A stretch of DNA of 64,000 nt from Amoebidium appalachense (lineage: Eukaryota; Protista; Ichthyosporea): assembly GCA_963693365.1 (NCBI GenBank), contig CAVNZM010000016.1, positions 281,341 through 345,340 of the forward strand. Reading direction: 5' to 3'. The position numbers and the translations under genes were made by a program. This document shows, in pieces, positions 1 to 34,856 of this stretch. The notes under the pieces are model-generated. The model saw only the letters and a list, made by a program, of their open reading frames with translations. It ran no database searches and was not told the DNA's origin. Each line of letters starts with the position of its first letter. Position 1 is the stretch's first letter.

Positions 1-25
1 TAGCCGCCCCCCTCTCCCCCCCCCC

Positions 26-56
<31 letters not shown>

Positions 57-319
57 ACTTCCTGCTGGGCTCCTTCCTGCTACGTAGCGTCCAACATGAG
101 GTGCCTGCAAATGTCCTGTTTTTGCTTTTTTTTTGTTGACACGGGGGGTGGGGGGGGGGGGGGGGGTGGGGAGGAGTTACTGGTAGTGGGAGGCAAGGCG
201 TGGTGGGTGGAGGAGAAGAAGACGACAAAGGGTAGTGTGTATTGGGAGGAGGGGGTGGGGTGTTGGGGGGGGGGAGAGAGATGGGGGGGCTGTTGCTGTG
301 ACTGATGTTTGTTTTGTAG

Positions 320-6752
<6,433 letters not shown>

Positions 6753-7145
6753 ACCAATGAAATCACTTTACATCTAGCCATATATGTACAGACGGAGATG
6801 TGTTACACGATGTAAATACATACGAAAGCGGGCAGTGTGGTACGTCAACTGAATGTATAAACAAGACAAGAGTTAATTCTTGACCATATTTTTAAAGGAA
6901 GTAAAGTTTATACAAACAGAGGTATTATCAGTCTAATATTTGAATGGTACATTTCATGCAAGTGTCTTTATGTGTGCATGCACGAGTGTGTGTTTTGTGT
7001 GTGTGTACTGTGTGTGTGTGCTCGCTTGTTTGTGTGTATGTGTGTGTGTGTGAGCGCGTGTGCACGTGTGTATATGACCAACACAACAACACTCAAGGTC
7101 AACAGCTACACTCCCTCCCTCCCCCCCCCCCCCCCCCCCCCCTCT

Positions 7146-7176
<31 letters not shown>

Positions 7177-7298
7177 CCCCCCCCAGGAAAAAAAAGAGGG
7201 AAAAAAAAAAAAAAAAAAGACGACAAGTCAAAGAAAAAAATGGGAAAGGATGTACATACGCAGTCCACACATTCACCCTACACCACCAGACACCGAAT

Positions 7299-12919
<5,621 letters not shown>

Positions 12920-13835
12920 GTTTGGTGGTGGGTGTAGGTGTGCACACACACACGTGGAGTTGGTGTGTGCACAAAAATTTTAATGCGTTTGTGTGTTCAT
13001 CGCTATGGAAGTGTCACAGGCCATGTCTCTGTGCGTCTACAGAACATCATTCCCCTAACTTACTGTGAACTAATCATCGTGTCAGTTCGTAAGCACAGCA
13101 GAACTTAGCGGTTATCATTTTTTGAGCGATTGGATGGTATTTTTGGACTGGCGGGAAATATAAGCCTGGGGCGCAGCGCGGGCCCGCGGCCCTGCTCAAC
13201 GTTACACACAGGTGATTGTATATTATTGTTGATACTTAGTATACTCGCAGGTGTGTAGGTAGCACAAACTCTAGCAACATTTTTTTCTTCTTGATACAAA
13301 CGCTACTTGATGAATACAAAAGGGGAAAGCTCCACGAGGCATTTCCTATGTGCATACATTGCAAGTCATGCATTGTTTCTATTTATAGTATCGCTTGGCC
13401 CACTGGCTCAACTGATGACATCACACTGACGAAGTCACAAGTTCGAGCCATCCCGGTCAATAAGACTGGGGTGGTAAGAGGGGAGGGATCCTATGATCCC
13501 CATGTTAGGAGATTAGTTAACGTTCTGTTATAACAAAAGAGGAAGTTCAAAGTGAAAGAAACAGAGTGGAGTAAGATTTATTGCCATAGGCTCTAGTTCT
13601 AGTTCTATAGCTATAGAAACTGTGTGTGGCATTGCCTTTTCCCACACTCCCTTCCCAAACAGCGAATTAGAAGGCATTGTGCAACTTCATCCATCTTTCA
13701 CGCACTTACCAAGCAAACCTGATTTCTGCTACTTGATCACCCAACCTTTTGTGGCTATCTTTTCCCTTTTCACCTTTCCCCACTTCAAACACTAGTACAT
13801 CCACCTAAGCAATCAATCAGATACAGTTTCGAAAA
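12920..13835. promoter_or_regulatory. Divergent (head-to-head) intergenic region between karyopherin and RPB3; probable bidirectional promoter
   Basis: The ATGs at 12919 (-) and 13836 (+) face away from each other about 0.9 kb apart. The interval lacks the long simple repeats seen in introns and has a GC-rich patch at about 13170-13190. Function is inferred. Confidence 0.5.
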
Positions 13836-22457
<8,622 letters not shown>

Positions 22458-22468
22458 CAGATGCACGT

Positions 22469-22516
<48 letters not shown>

Positions 22517-22889
22517 TTGCATATACACGTCTGTTTGCACGTGCATGGGCACATCTTGTGTATACATACACATACATATACTTACGACGTCCACACACAT
22601 CCAAATATACACACACACAGAACACAATTGGGTTATGCGGCACGCAGACACTTTCACGTGCACACATGAACCTTATTGTTTGCACGGACACCATGCACAT
22701 GCACATCCACATGCACATGCTTGCACGTGCCCACAGAGCATCTAGACGTGCTCAGTAACGTATAGATTCATTCCACCCTTCGGTTGGCATAAAGGCCAAA
22801 CGTATGTACATGTGGGATTAATGGTTCAGCCTGAGAATGGCATCTGTTATTCATAGCCTAGAAGTGAATCGTTTGCAAAGCAAGCTGCA

Positions 22890-23012
<123 letters not shown>

Positions 23013-23141
23013 CAGAAGGTTGAGGGTTTGGCACTATTGATGCCTCCCATGCATGTATGCAGGTCATTTGACTGGTGCCTTCAGGTAAGGCACATGCCAT
23101 GAAAAAAATTTCCCTTTATCGTTGCCCTCACCACCTAATAC

Positions 23142-23172
<31 letters not shown>

Positions 23173-23236
23173 TTCCGCCCTTCCCCTTTGCCTGTTGCCC
23201 CCTTATCCCCCCCAACCACTCCTGCCTCTCTGCCTC

Positions 23237-23287
<51 letters not shown>

Positions 23288-23293
23288 ACACAC

Positions 23294-23549
23294 CCTTGCC
23301 TGCATAAGCAACCCTGCTCGTCTCTGATCAAGACGGGTGACCTACCCATGTTCAAGTGAAACAGTATCTGAATTTCTTTTCCTTAACTAAAAGAATGGGT
23401 CGAAACTCGGGTACTGTGGATGACGTGGGCCCCCCCTGAGGATGGTCTCTGCTTATTATGCATACTCTTTATGTATGGCTTGCATTCTGCATCGTGTTAT
23501 CCGTTTGTTTTTGTGCACTTCGTATTTTTTGACGCATTTAAACCCCCCC
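23294..23549 (+). repeat. Dispersed structured repeat, subfamily 2, full copy downstream of RPB3
   Basis: Begins ccttgcctgcataagcaaccctgctcgtctctgatcaagacggg, like the 18744 copy; body matches 21195-21410. Confidence 0.85.
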
Positions 23550-23623
23550 CCCTCCCCTCCCTTTGCCCCCTTCACCCCCCCCGGTGGTACACACACGTGC
23601 GTGTGGCATGTAAGCGTGCGCGT

Positions 23624-23681
<58 letters not shown>

Positions 23682-24505
23682 CTAGATGCTTACACACATG
23701 CAAGCTACAGCCCCCCCCCCCCCCCCCCCCCCCCCCCTCCCCCTTCTCCCTCCCCTCTCTCCAAAAAGAGGAGACTCGCGATAATGGAAAAAAATGCTCT
23801 ATCGGCATGAAGTTACCATGCAACCACGAGACGTGCGCGGTATGTTCCATGTGATACGGTCTGGAACATACCGCGCACGTGTGCACATGTGCATGTTGCA
23901 ACAGCAAAATGCTGCAGCCACAAGGATGTGTGGATGTGTGTGTGTGTGTGTGTGTTGAAGAGGGGGGGGGGAAGGGGGTAAATATGTAAATTTGTGTGGT
24001 ATACGTGTGTGTAGGTTGCGGGTGGGTGTTATGATGGTGTGTGTGGGTGAGTGGGTGAATGGGTGAAACATGTTGTGAGTGGGTGTGGGTGGGTGGGTGG
24101 GTTTGTGCCTGCGGCAAAGATGAGTGTAGGGGGAGGAGTACACTTACATTGACATGAGCATTGGGTCGGTGTTGCTGATACAAACGAGCTGATGCAAACG
24201 AGACACGACACGTGCATAGAAATAGTTGCAATTATTATTCAGTCGGAGACTTATGCTGAGCAAGCCAGCATTATGCCTATCCATTCAGATTCACGTTTTA
24301 AAAAACCAAGCCATTAATACGTTCGGCAACCACACACAACGCTATTTCAAACCCCATCAAGGGGCAAGCAAACCGAACTCGAAGTCAAAAAAGAACAAAT
24401 ACCTCAAGAATCCCATTACCAATTAAAGGGCATCGGGCCAAACCCACCTACCATATTTAGCCATACTTATACCATATTTAGCAATAAATTCGCCCACGTG
24501 CACGC

Positions 24506-27199
24506 CTACTGCTTGTTCTGCTCCGTAGCATACCGCCTAAGCACCGCGACGACCTCGGGGTATGCAAACCACTCGGGAATCTCCTCCCCAGCCAACAACA
24601 TAGACCGGAACTTTGTTCCGCTAATGTTCTTGACGTGGTACCCCTTCTCCTTCGCCACCTCCTCCGGGACATACCTATTCTCCTCCTCTGCAAACACCAT
24701 CGCCTTGAACGGAACAATGTCGATACCCAACTCCTTCTGAAGGGGGAGAACAAACTCCTGAGCGTCCCACGGTCCGTAAAAATCCTTCCCGCTCTTGTCC
24801 TTGCACCCGGCGTGATCGCGGCCCATAATCATGTGTGTGCACCCGTAGTTCTTGCGAATGAGCGCGTGCTGGAGAGCCTCGCGGGGCCCGCCGACCATCA
24901 TCGAATATGGAAGATACTCGAAGTGCACGTGGTCGAGTTTCTTAGCCAATGCGTCGTAGGTCTCCTTGCGGACGATCGCGGGGATATCATCGTCCTTGGT
25001 GGGACCGACGACCGGGTGCACGAGAACCTCGGCGCCCTGGTACTCCTCATACACGTTGAGGAACATGGTGGTGTGTGCGCGGTGGAGGGGGTTGCGCGAC
25101 TGGAAGGCAACAACGTTCTTCCCCTTGGGGAGCTCGGCGCGGAGCTCCTTGGGCGTCTTGCAGCTCACCCAAGAGCGCTGGGGAAGCTTCAAACCCCACA
25201 CGCGACCACCGATGTTGTACTTCTTCTTCTCAGTGAGAAGATGCCACACGGAGGGGTGCTCCTCCGACGTGGTGCCGTAGACCTTCTCCGATTCGATTTT
25301 GCGATCAGGGGCCCACTTCGACTCAACCTGAATCACACCGTGGCCACCATAGAGGGGGTCTAGAAGTTCGACGAAATCGCCGACCTGAATCTCCTCCGAA
25401 TCGGTATCGAGAGTAACGGGGAGACCGAAAAGCTGCCCCTCGGGGAGACGATACTCGTTCACGACCGTGTTGTAAGTCTTCTCATCCATGAACCCGGTGA
25501 GGGGGGAGAAACCACCGTTCACCAAAAGCTCAAAGTCGCACGCCTGACGCTCGTTCAGCTCGAGTTTACGTGTCGCCTTGGAGAGGGGAGAGTCCTCCGG
25601 GGTGGTCAAAAGATCAATCAACACACCACCGTGGGGTGCGCCCTTGGGAACAATACGCGTGTGGATACCGCACTCGGTCTGAAGACGACCGACAAAGCGC
25701 CCGGCGCGCTCCGACTCGTCGTAAGAAACGGGGACAGTGGTGTGGGTGTCACCGAAAGACTTCCAGATGTACACGTGGGGTCCGTGCGAGTTGATCGTCT
25801 CTGCATCGTAAGCGAAGTAGGGCAGGGTCAAGTCGACGTACTTGAACTTGGTGTAAGTCTCGCGCTCTGGAGCGAAAACAAACTCGTCGGCGATGGAAAG
25901 GCGACGGTGGAGTGCGTTGTAGGGCACACGGTAATAGAGAACATACTCGCACACATCGGCCCAAGACCAGTTGGCTAGAGGGTTAAACGTCTGCTTATCT
26001 TCCTCCCATACGGCAAGGGACACACGGGCGTTGCCCTGGTCAGCACGGCGGCCGGTGATGGCGACTTCCTTCTTGAAGTCGTCAAAGGCCTTCATCAGAG
26101 GATCGACCTTGCTGTGCCTAATGGGGAAAAAGGGGGAGGGGGGGGAGTGGTTAGGAACTGGCGTGGGGAGAGAGGCAGGAGGGGGGTATGGGGTTGGGGG
26201 GGGTGGGGGCGTTGGGGTGCAAGAGGAAAGGGTGGGGAGAGGGGGGGCAGGGGGGTAGGAAGTACACGGTGCTTAGGCGGTTGGAGGTGTGGGTGAAGGA
26301 GGAGATGTGTTTGTGTGCAACGTGCAAGAGAGTGAAGGAGGGAGAGGAGAGAGGATTCCTATGCATGTAAACTCCTGTGCTCATATCGGCATGTGTGCGC
26401 ACTACATGTGTGGAAGGACAGTCGTGGGAAGGGTGAGATGCAAGAGGAAGGAGAGAGGCCAAGTGTGGGGGGGGGGGGGGGGGGGGGAGGAGGGGGGGGG
26501 GGGGGGGGGGGGGGGGAGGGGGAGGGGGGGAGCGCATGCAGGGAAAGGTGTTGAGCACGTGCAAATCTTGTGTTACGAAAACTCGCTCACCAACTAGAAC
26601 TTTCACTTGCTGCACCAACTTTTCATTCACATCCCTGCCCCCCTCCCCCTCCCCCACCCTTCCCCTCCTCCCTTGCCCAGCCACCCACACAAAAGACCAC
26701 TCCCTCCAATCCCCCTTCTCCGCCCCCCCCCCCCCCCCCCCCAACCCTCCCTCCCCCTCCCTCCCCCCTCCCTCCCCCCACCCTCCCCCCCCCCCCCCCC
26801 CCCCCCCCCACACACACACACTTACTTGTCAAAGTCAGCATGGCTCAGGTCCTGGTGCTTGCCGAACTTCTTCACAAAGAAGTCGTTTGTCTCGCAGCCC
26901 TCTGGCTTATACACAGCCGTCGTAAAGCCATACTTTGCCTCCATGTCACGCACAACATCGTGTGTCTCGGGGAAGAGGTGGAGCGTGTCAACGCCGACAA
27001 TGGTGGGGAAGAAGTCTGTGAAACGCTTGAACAAGTCGACAATAACATTGTCACTAACGAGCCAAGCAGAGGCAAGAACGACACGAGAGGGCTCGTGGCT
27101 GGAGAGGTAGGCCTTCACATCGCGCTGGAAGTCAGCGATCTTGGTGGCGAGGTTGTCTTTGCCGTCAAAGGCTGGGGTGGCAACTGTATTGGGTGCCAT
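24506..27199 (-). CDS. cysH-sat: Bifunctional fusion: N-terminal Fe-S-free (P)APS reductase (CysH/APR-B type) plus C-terminal ATP sulfurylase (Sat/Met3 type), 661 aa
   Basis: Exons 27199-26826 and 26117-24506 (GTAAG...TAG, phase 2). Reductase motifs: VDTLHLFPET, KVDPL, ITGRRADQG, NPLANWSW, YNALH, SFGDTHTT, ERAGR, ECGIH. These run without a stop into sulfurylase motifs PHGGVLIDL, GGFSPLTGFM, FQSRNPLHRAH, GPREALQHALIRKNYGCTH, GRDHAG, ISGTKFR. Confidence 0.95.
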
Positions 27200-29474
27200 T
27201 TTCTTATGTTTTGGTGGCAATGCGAACAACTGAGCGATCTACTGGCGGGCGGCGGATTTTATAGGCGAAGTAAGCAAGGCTATTGTGTGATTTAATTGGA
27301 TGCCGTTACACGTGCCGTGATTTGATGTTGTTCATGCATGACATGTGTAGGTGTGACCTTTTATCAATGGCGTGAGGTCAAAGAGCTCATTAAATTGATC
27401 AGTTCTCCTGGCGAGTATGTCATTTGAAAATTGCCTGGATCATGCAGAGACGTATAGTTAGTAACGAGCAAAACAAAGTTTGTAATGTTTAAAAATATCT
27501 ATCCAAAACAATTCCAGGCGTATGTGAGCTTTTCTTTTTTCTGTGACTACTCAATTCTCCTTGTTCTGTTAGATCCTCACGAGAAATCCGAAATTTATAG
27601 TTACGGATTCCTATTGGTCAGAAAATCAGCGTCAGAATAGGTTGGTTTCATTGGCCAGCGATCCACCTTTCAATGCTTTCATCAACTTGCGGTTGTCCAT
27701 CGCCACTGCCAGCTCACAAGCCTTGCGCAAGGCTGGGCAAAGGCATCATATAAATATAATACACATATCATCTTATTTGTTAAACCTATCGACAGGGAAA
27801 TAGCTTACTTATAGCTGTTCGTGTGGTGTTTTGAAAGAGAATTCTACACAGCTGGCTGCGGCTTCAATGCGGAATGTAAACATTCCGTAAATTGGAAAAG
27901 CAACCAATCGGAAAGCGGCAGAGATTGAGCAATATTGGGCTGCGCTGATTGGCTAGCATATATTTAACCCGGATCAATATCTAGAAGCATTTTGATTGGC
28001 CTCCTGGCGAAATCGAAATAGTGGCCACAAATAGTGCTAGCAAGACGAAAGGATTTATTTTTTGCTTTCCGTGTAATATCATAGCATTAATGATTTGACG
28101 TAAATCGATTACACACGGTGCTATATAGCATAGTTCAAACATACATGTACAGTCGTTGCAGTTATAATCAGGCGGCTTGCCGGCTGCAGCTAGCGCCACT
28201 GTCGATCGCTAGGAGCAGGGGGTTTACAAATCTGGGTGGAAATCTAGCTGTGCGCTTTCATGTCAAATTCATGTATCGGCTGCTTAGCAGATTTAAAAGG
28301 AAAAAAGCCTTGCTTTATAACGTTCTAAATTTTTTCTAAAACAATACAAACTTTATAGTATAAATTCAAGATGAGTGATTTGTTTTCTTTTCGTTACTAA
28401 CTCTTTGCAGAATAATTTACCTTTTCACATTTCGCCAGGTTCAACCCATAGACCCACCAATTAGCTCTAGGAAGAACTTATTCGTGGCTCAGTGCGATTT
28501 CATTGGTCTAGCGAGTATCTTTCTAAAACCAATCACGTCACAGCAATCAATCGCAACCTCCGCACACCAAAATGCAAGTCGTACACGAGGGACACACACA
28601 AAACGAAACAGAGAAAAGGGACGACAAACAGAAGAATCGCGCCACGAAGCGAGTGTATTTAATCAGAAAATGGAACGCGTCGTTTTGTACGTGGGCAGGC
28701 GTGCACTGAAAAGTTTGACTTAGTTTCTTTTAGCAGAAATGAATATGAGTATGCACAGGTGTCCTTCACGTTGAATGAAAAGGGCCGTGGGCAAGGGCTA
28801 CAATATTGCACTCCAAGGAGGTTTGGCTGGGTGTGTTTTGGGTAAAAACGTTTGGTTGAGTGAGTTATAGGTGAGCAGGTTTGGGTGTTGCATATTGGTA
28901 AACGGGGCTTGGGTGGGTGCATTGTGAGTGAAATATAGCGACAGATACATAGTACAGGATCACTCAACTATTAACGCGAGAGCCACGGGCGTGTGTGGAT
29001 GCATGGACCACAAACCACCGTGACCTTGCGTATGCACAACAATCATTGTCACGAAGCCAAGGCTTTATACTGAAGCTTACCATCAGTCAGAAGCCGCAAA
29101 CACACACTCTCTCTCTCACTCAAACGTGATGCAAGTACAACATGCATTTCTACTCTCCCCACTGTGCCATATTCACATAGATGACCCGCAGGTATTTTTT
29201 TTTGCATGTGTAATGCGAAAGTATTCACACCTTTTACTGTATCTCCTAACCATATCTACCAAATCTTTACTCGTTTTCTCTTCTTTGTAAGGTATTATTA
29301 GATTTCGGGGAGGGGGGAGGGGCCCGGGGTGTACATGGGGAAGGGGCTGGTTGGTAGGATTTCAGATCGTACGCGTGTACACGTGTGTTTGGTGTTGATG
29401 GTAACAGGAGTGGTGGTGGTTGGGGGGGAGCACTACCTGGCTACCTAGGTGAGTCCCCACCCCACCCCCCACCC

Positions 29475-29505
<31 letters not shown>

Positions 29506-29669
29506 TCCTCCCCCCCCGGCCCAGCGCGCCAAGTTCCCGGGGGGAGGAGCCCGAGGGAAACTGAGACTTGAGCCGTAGGTGAGTCCTTCCTTAACTCCCC
29601 CCGTCCCCTCCCCCCCCCCCCCCCCCCCCCTCCCCCCCCCCCCCCCCCCCCCCATCACCACCACCACAA

Positions 29670-29708
<39 letters not shown>

Positions 29709-30676
29709 CATGTTGGCACATATGCATCCCGGTGAGGGTGGGTTGGTTGGGGTGTGTGTGTGTAGTGGGGGGAGGAGGGGGGATTATTCGTCCCTTGAGT
29801 GCCACTCTGCACCATGGTTTCTTAGGTGACAGCATAAGAGGATAGCGGATATCATTGAGCTCACACAGGGAGGAGATACCATTGACTTCTATGTTGAAAC
29901 AGGCACATAGAACACATGTGACTCTTGAATCCTGACTTATGAGTGTGCTATACAGTACGATCTGTGTAAGACGGTAAGCTCCCCTGAGGCAGTGCCTCGC
30001 CGGGAGTGAAACGGAATATAATCAAAATAATAATAAAAAAAAAGAACACAGGTGACTCGGCGGTTGTACAGTACACAGGCACACACACACATACACACAC
30101 ACACACACACACATACATACATACACACACACACACAGTCACGCGGTAAACCTTATGACATACACAGTCATGCAGACGTGGGCACTGCACATGACACACA
30201 CACACACATAGAGAGAGGGGGGGGGGGGGGAGAGAGAGAGAGAGAGAGACATGTGCACACACGGCGTTACACCCAAAACACAGACACACAGAGAGACAGA
30301 CACGCATGTCACGTACACCCTCACATTGAGCACGATCAGGTTTTCCTAACCTCATACTAATCACAGCGAGCATATGAAGTGGTGGAGGGTAGGGAGGGAG
30401 GAAGGAGGGAAATTGTAAGTCGGAGAGCCGTGCAGATACGAGGGGGGGGACCACTTCTATGATAAATTAACATCTGAGGGGGGGGGGGGGGGGGGGGCAG
30501 AGGAGGATATCACAAGGGTTTTAAAATTTCCCACTACCTCCCTACCTCATTCCCTTCCCCCTCCCCCTCCTTTCATGCAAGAATCTAGCTGTGAAACTCA
30601 ATAAAGAATGAACTCCACCCTGTTGTCTGATAGTTTAAGTTCGTGTGTCCCACCCCCCGTCCCCCCCGGGGCACAC

Positions 30677-30710
<34 letters not shown>

Positions 30711-30992
30711 CACATATGGTGACAACCCCCTCCCTCCCATTCATGCCCCATTTAATCATGCCCCCCCGGCCACATTTTGCGGGGGGTCCTTTAGGCGGAC
30801 ACTATCTGTACACACACCACCTCTGCCCCCCTCCCCCCTCCCCCTGATATATGAGAAAGGTCGGTATGATATACAACAGAGGCCCAGGTCACGGGACACA
30901 TGCCCCCCCCCCCCCCCCCCCCCTCCCCCCGGCCCCCCCCCCCCCCCCCCCCCCTGCACAGACCCGGCTAAAAAGCACAGTATTTGATCAGT

Positions 30993-31058
30993 GATCACCA
31001 AGATTAAAAAACATAAACCCAATACTTATTGGGTTTATCTTTTTTAATCTTGGTGATC
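30993..31058. other. Near-perfect 66-nt palindrome (32-bp arms, one mismatch)
   Basis: gatcaccaagattaaaaaacataaacccaata-ct-tattgggtttatcttttttaatcttggtgatc, read directly. Confidence 0.9.
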
Positions 31059-31165
31059 TGCCCCCCCCCCCCCCCCCCCCCCCCCTGCAATTTTTAGATC
31101 AACGGATCGTGTTTTGTCCAATCAGGAGAAAGTGAGGGTCCGTCGTAAAAACCAGAGTGCCTCTT

Positions 31166-31205
<40 letters not shown>

Positions 31206-31796
31206 CCTTTCCCCGATGTTTCCAGCAAAGCCGGCGCCAAGCCAAGGAGATGAAAGAAAGACAGCAATTGCAACAGATACAAGCAAATTCGGCAATATTG
31301 GAAAGCAAAGGAAAGACGAACGAACGGACACCAACTCATACATTTTACTAAGTGAAAAACACAGAGGCAAAAAAGAAGGCACAAACATCAAGCTTAATTA
31401 AGACGTGCCACGATGAATATTACGTGGTAGTAGAAAATCCGGGAAAATGAAAGGAGGCACAATACGGTGCACTTGCATGCACACACCATGAAAATAGTAA
31501 GTTCGGAAAGGAAAGGAGAGACAACACACAAACACGTCTTTAGCAGAAAATGTAGGTAAAAGAAAGGAGGACGTAACACACGCACGCACTTTGTTGTTTA
31601 TTATTAGTGTTCTGCCAGCTGAAAACTAGATTACAACCTTTAAACTTGTCAATTGCAAGAGTTATCCGTTAATGTTGGGTCGAAACTCCATGCAGACTGC
31701 CATCAATACGTCACACAAGTAACGACAAATGCAATCGATGGATCTGCCTTTATGTAGGGCCGTCTCCCTTTTAGACATTGCATTAATGCCGACATA

Positions 31797-31827
<31 letters not shown>

Positions 31828-31934
31828 TTTCATCCTTATCATGGTATTCCCAGATAATCCCCCGAGTTGTTCTCTGGTGGCTTGACACCACTTCCCCGGC
31901 ACTGTACACGGTACATACGCGTCTCTGCTAATCA

Positions 31935-31971
<37 letters not shown>

Positions 31972-33274
31972 CCCCTATTTCTCTCACACGACCCCAAAGC
32001 CCAAACACACACGTGCACACGCATGCATGCACGCACGCACGCACACACGAACACATCCACACTCAAATCCACCTCCCCCCCCCCCTCTCCCCTCCACCCC
32101 CCCCCCCCCCCCCCCCAACATACACACACACACACACACACACATGCATTGCTCCCTAAGCTTTTTCCGCAACTCAAGCGGCCATTCTGCTTGCAAATGA
32201 CGAATTAAGACGGTGGGAGACTAAAAAACAGAGGTATGGAGATTTCTATTTTTAGCCGAAGTTTGCAGCCGCACTGACAGCACCACACAGTGGGCTTTAG
32301 CTGCATTAAGATTTAACTGATCAGGCATAAAATTTGTATCAGACATTTTAGTGACTAGAAAAGTGTAAATCAGCAAACCAATGTTAGATATAAGCACGAG
32401 AAGCATTTGTGTCTCGCTTTTTTTGCGAAAGGTTATGTGACCCAGGATGTATGCTAGAAAAAATACTTTTAAAAGCCTAGCAACCAATATTTGAAACACA
32501 GTCTCTGACCTGAGCTGTGTAAACAACAACAAGAAACCTAAAAAAGAAACGAAAGAAAGTAAGTAAGAAAGAAACATAGTAAACGTTTACGGAAACTTTT
32601 GTTCAGGCACTCGTATCGTTTTTGGAGTATAGCCGTAACCACCCACCAAACCTGATATATATACGAGTACCACTAAAGCGGCACTCAAAAGAAATCAGTT
32701 TTTAACGTTAAAATTTTTAATCCACGCGTGTTTTCACATGACATTCGACAGCCTTCCAGACACACCCTCCGACCCCACCACCACGTGTCCATTATGCAGC
32801 ACACTTGCTCTCCTTCTTGCCATATTTGGGTTTCCCCTCACACCCACCACCGTCCCCACCACCACCACAGCGCCCAAAACCATGAGACCCCCCCCAAGGA
32901 TGGGGCTCGTGATTGATTGGCTGGGCACAGGGGGGGTTTTTGTCGTCCTGTTGGGGTCAAGGTATCTGCAAAGGGCACATGTTAGGGGTTACTCGTTCTG
33001 GAGATCTGGGCAACCGCACTGATTCCCCCCCCCCCCCCCCCCCCCCCCCCCGCCCCGCGGGGGTTCTTTCGCTCCCTCTCCCCTCCTACCCCCGCGCCTC
33101 CCATGCCGAGGATAACGGATTCTGGGAGCATGGCAACTCCTTTCGTTGTGTGTGAATGGAGTTTTTTTGACCGGGTGTATTACCAGCTCTCTAACTAACA
33201 TGCTATGTACGATCACCCATAACCCAAGCCCCCAAAAACCATAACACCGAATTTGCATAGTCCTGACAAAAAAA

Positions 33275-33310
<36 letters not shown>

Positions 33311-33920
33311 CCCCAACCCCCACCACTACCACCCAAGATGACGCATAACACTGCATATTAGCTCAAACAGCTCAAACGGTTGTCATATGAAGTGAACTCA
33401 AGGCTAACCAACTCCAACCATAGCAAACAGGGTTTGCCATACGGTGCGCACACACACCAGCACGCACATTGCACTGCCAACACGTTTTTGATTGGTGCAC
33501 AAGGAGGAGAATTACGCTGTGTGAACGTGTGCATAAAAACTGAAAATGAGCAATTTCAACTCTGTCAACTTGAACTGTATTTGGCTCTATGTACACGATA
33601 CAGGTCACAAACATGCGGAAGAGAATAGGTAAACCACTCCGGCACAGAAATGGCTTAGTGGACAAATACGGCACACATTTAAACTTGCCTGCCCGCAGTA
33701 TATACGCAAACACACACCGTCACGTTCTCACACATGTGTACGTCAGTAGCACACACATACACACTCCTTTATATGTACAGCTTGACTTTCACACACACAA
33801 GCCCACTATCTATAGGCACCGGGCATGCAGACGCAAAAGAAACACATTATAACACACTGCAAAGTGACTGTGAATACATGTTGGCCGCACATGGCATACC
33901 ACGTGCACGTCTTGACACGT

Positions 33921-33965
<45 letters not shown>

Positions 33966-33979
33966 GTGGCACAGGAATT

Positions 33980-34856
<877 letters not shown>

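Noticed and set aside
24635-25363. 242-aa plus-strand ORF, and likewise 47572-48537 (+) and 55059-55751 (-)
   Set aside because: Antisense shadows of GC3-biased coding sequence with no recognisable motifs.
28572-28710. RBX1/APC11-like start (KRVYLIRKWNASF) with a distant CPLC at about 32785
   Set aside because: The resemblance is short and no in-phase exon chain with the RING-H2 ligands could be built.
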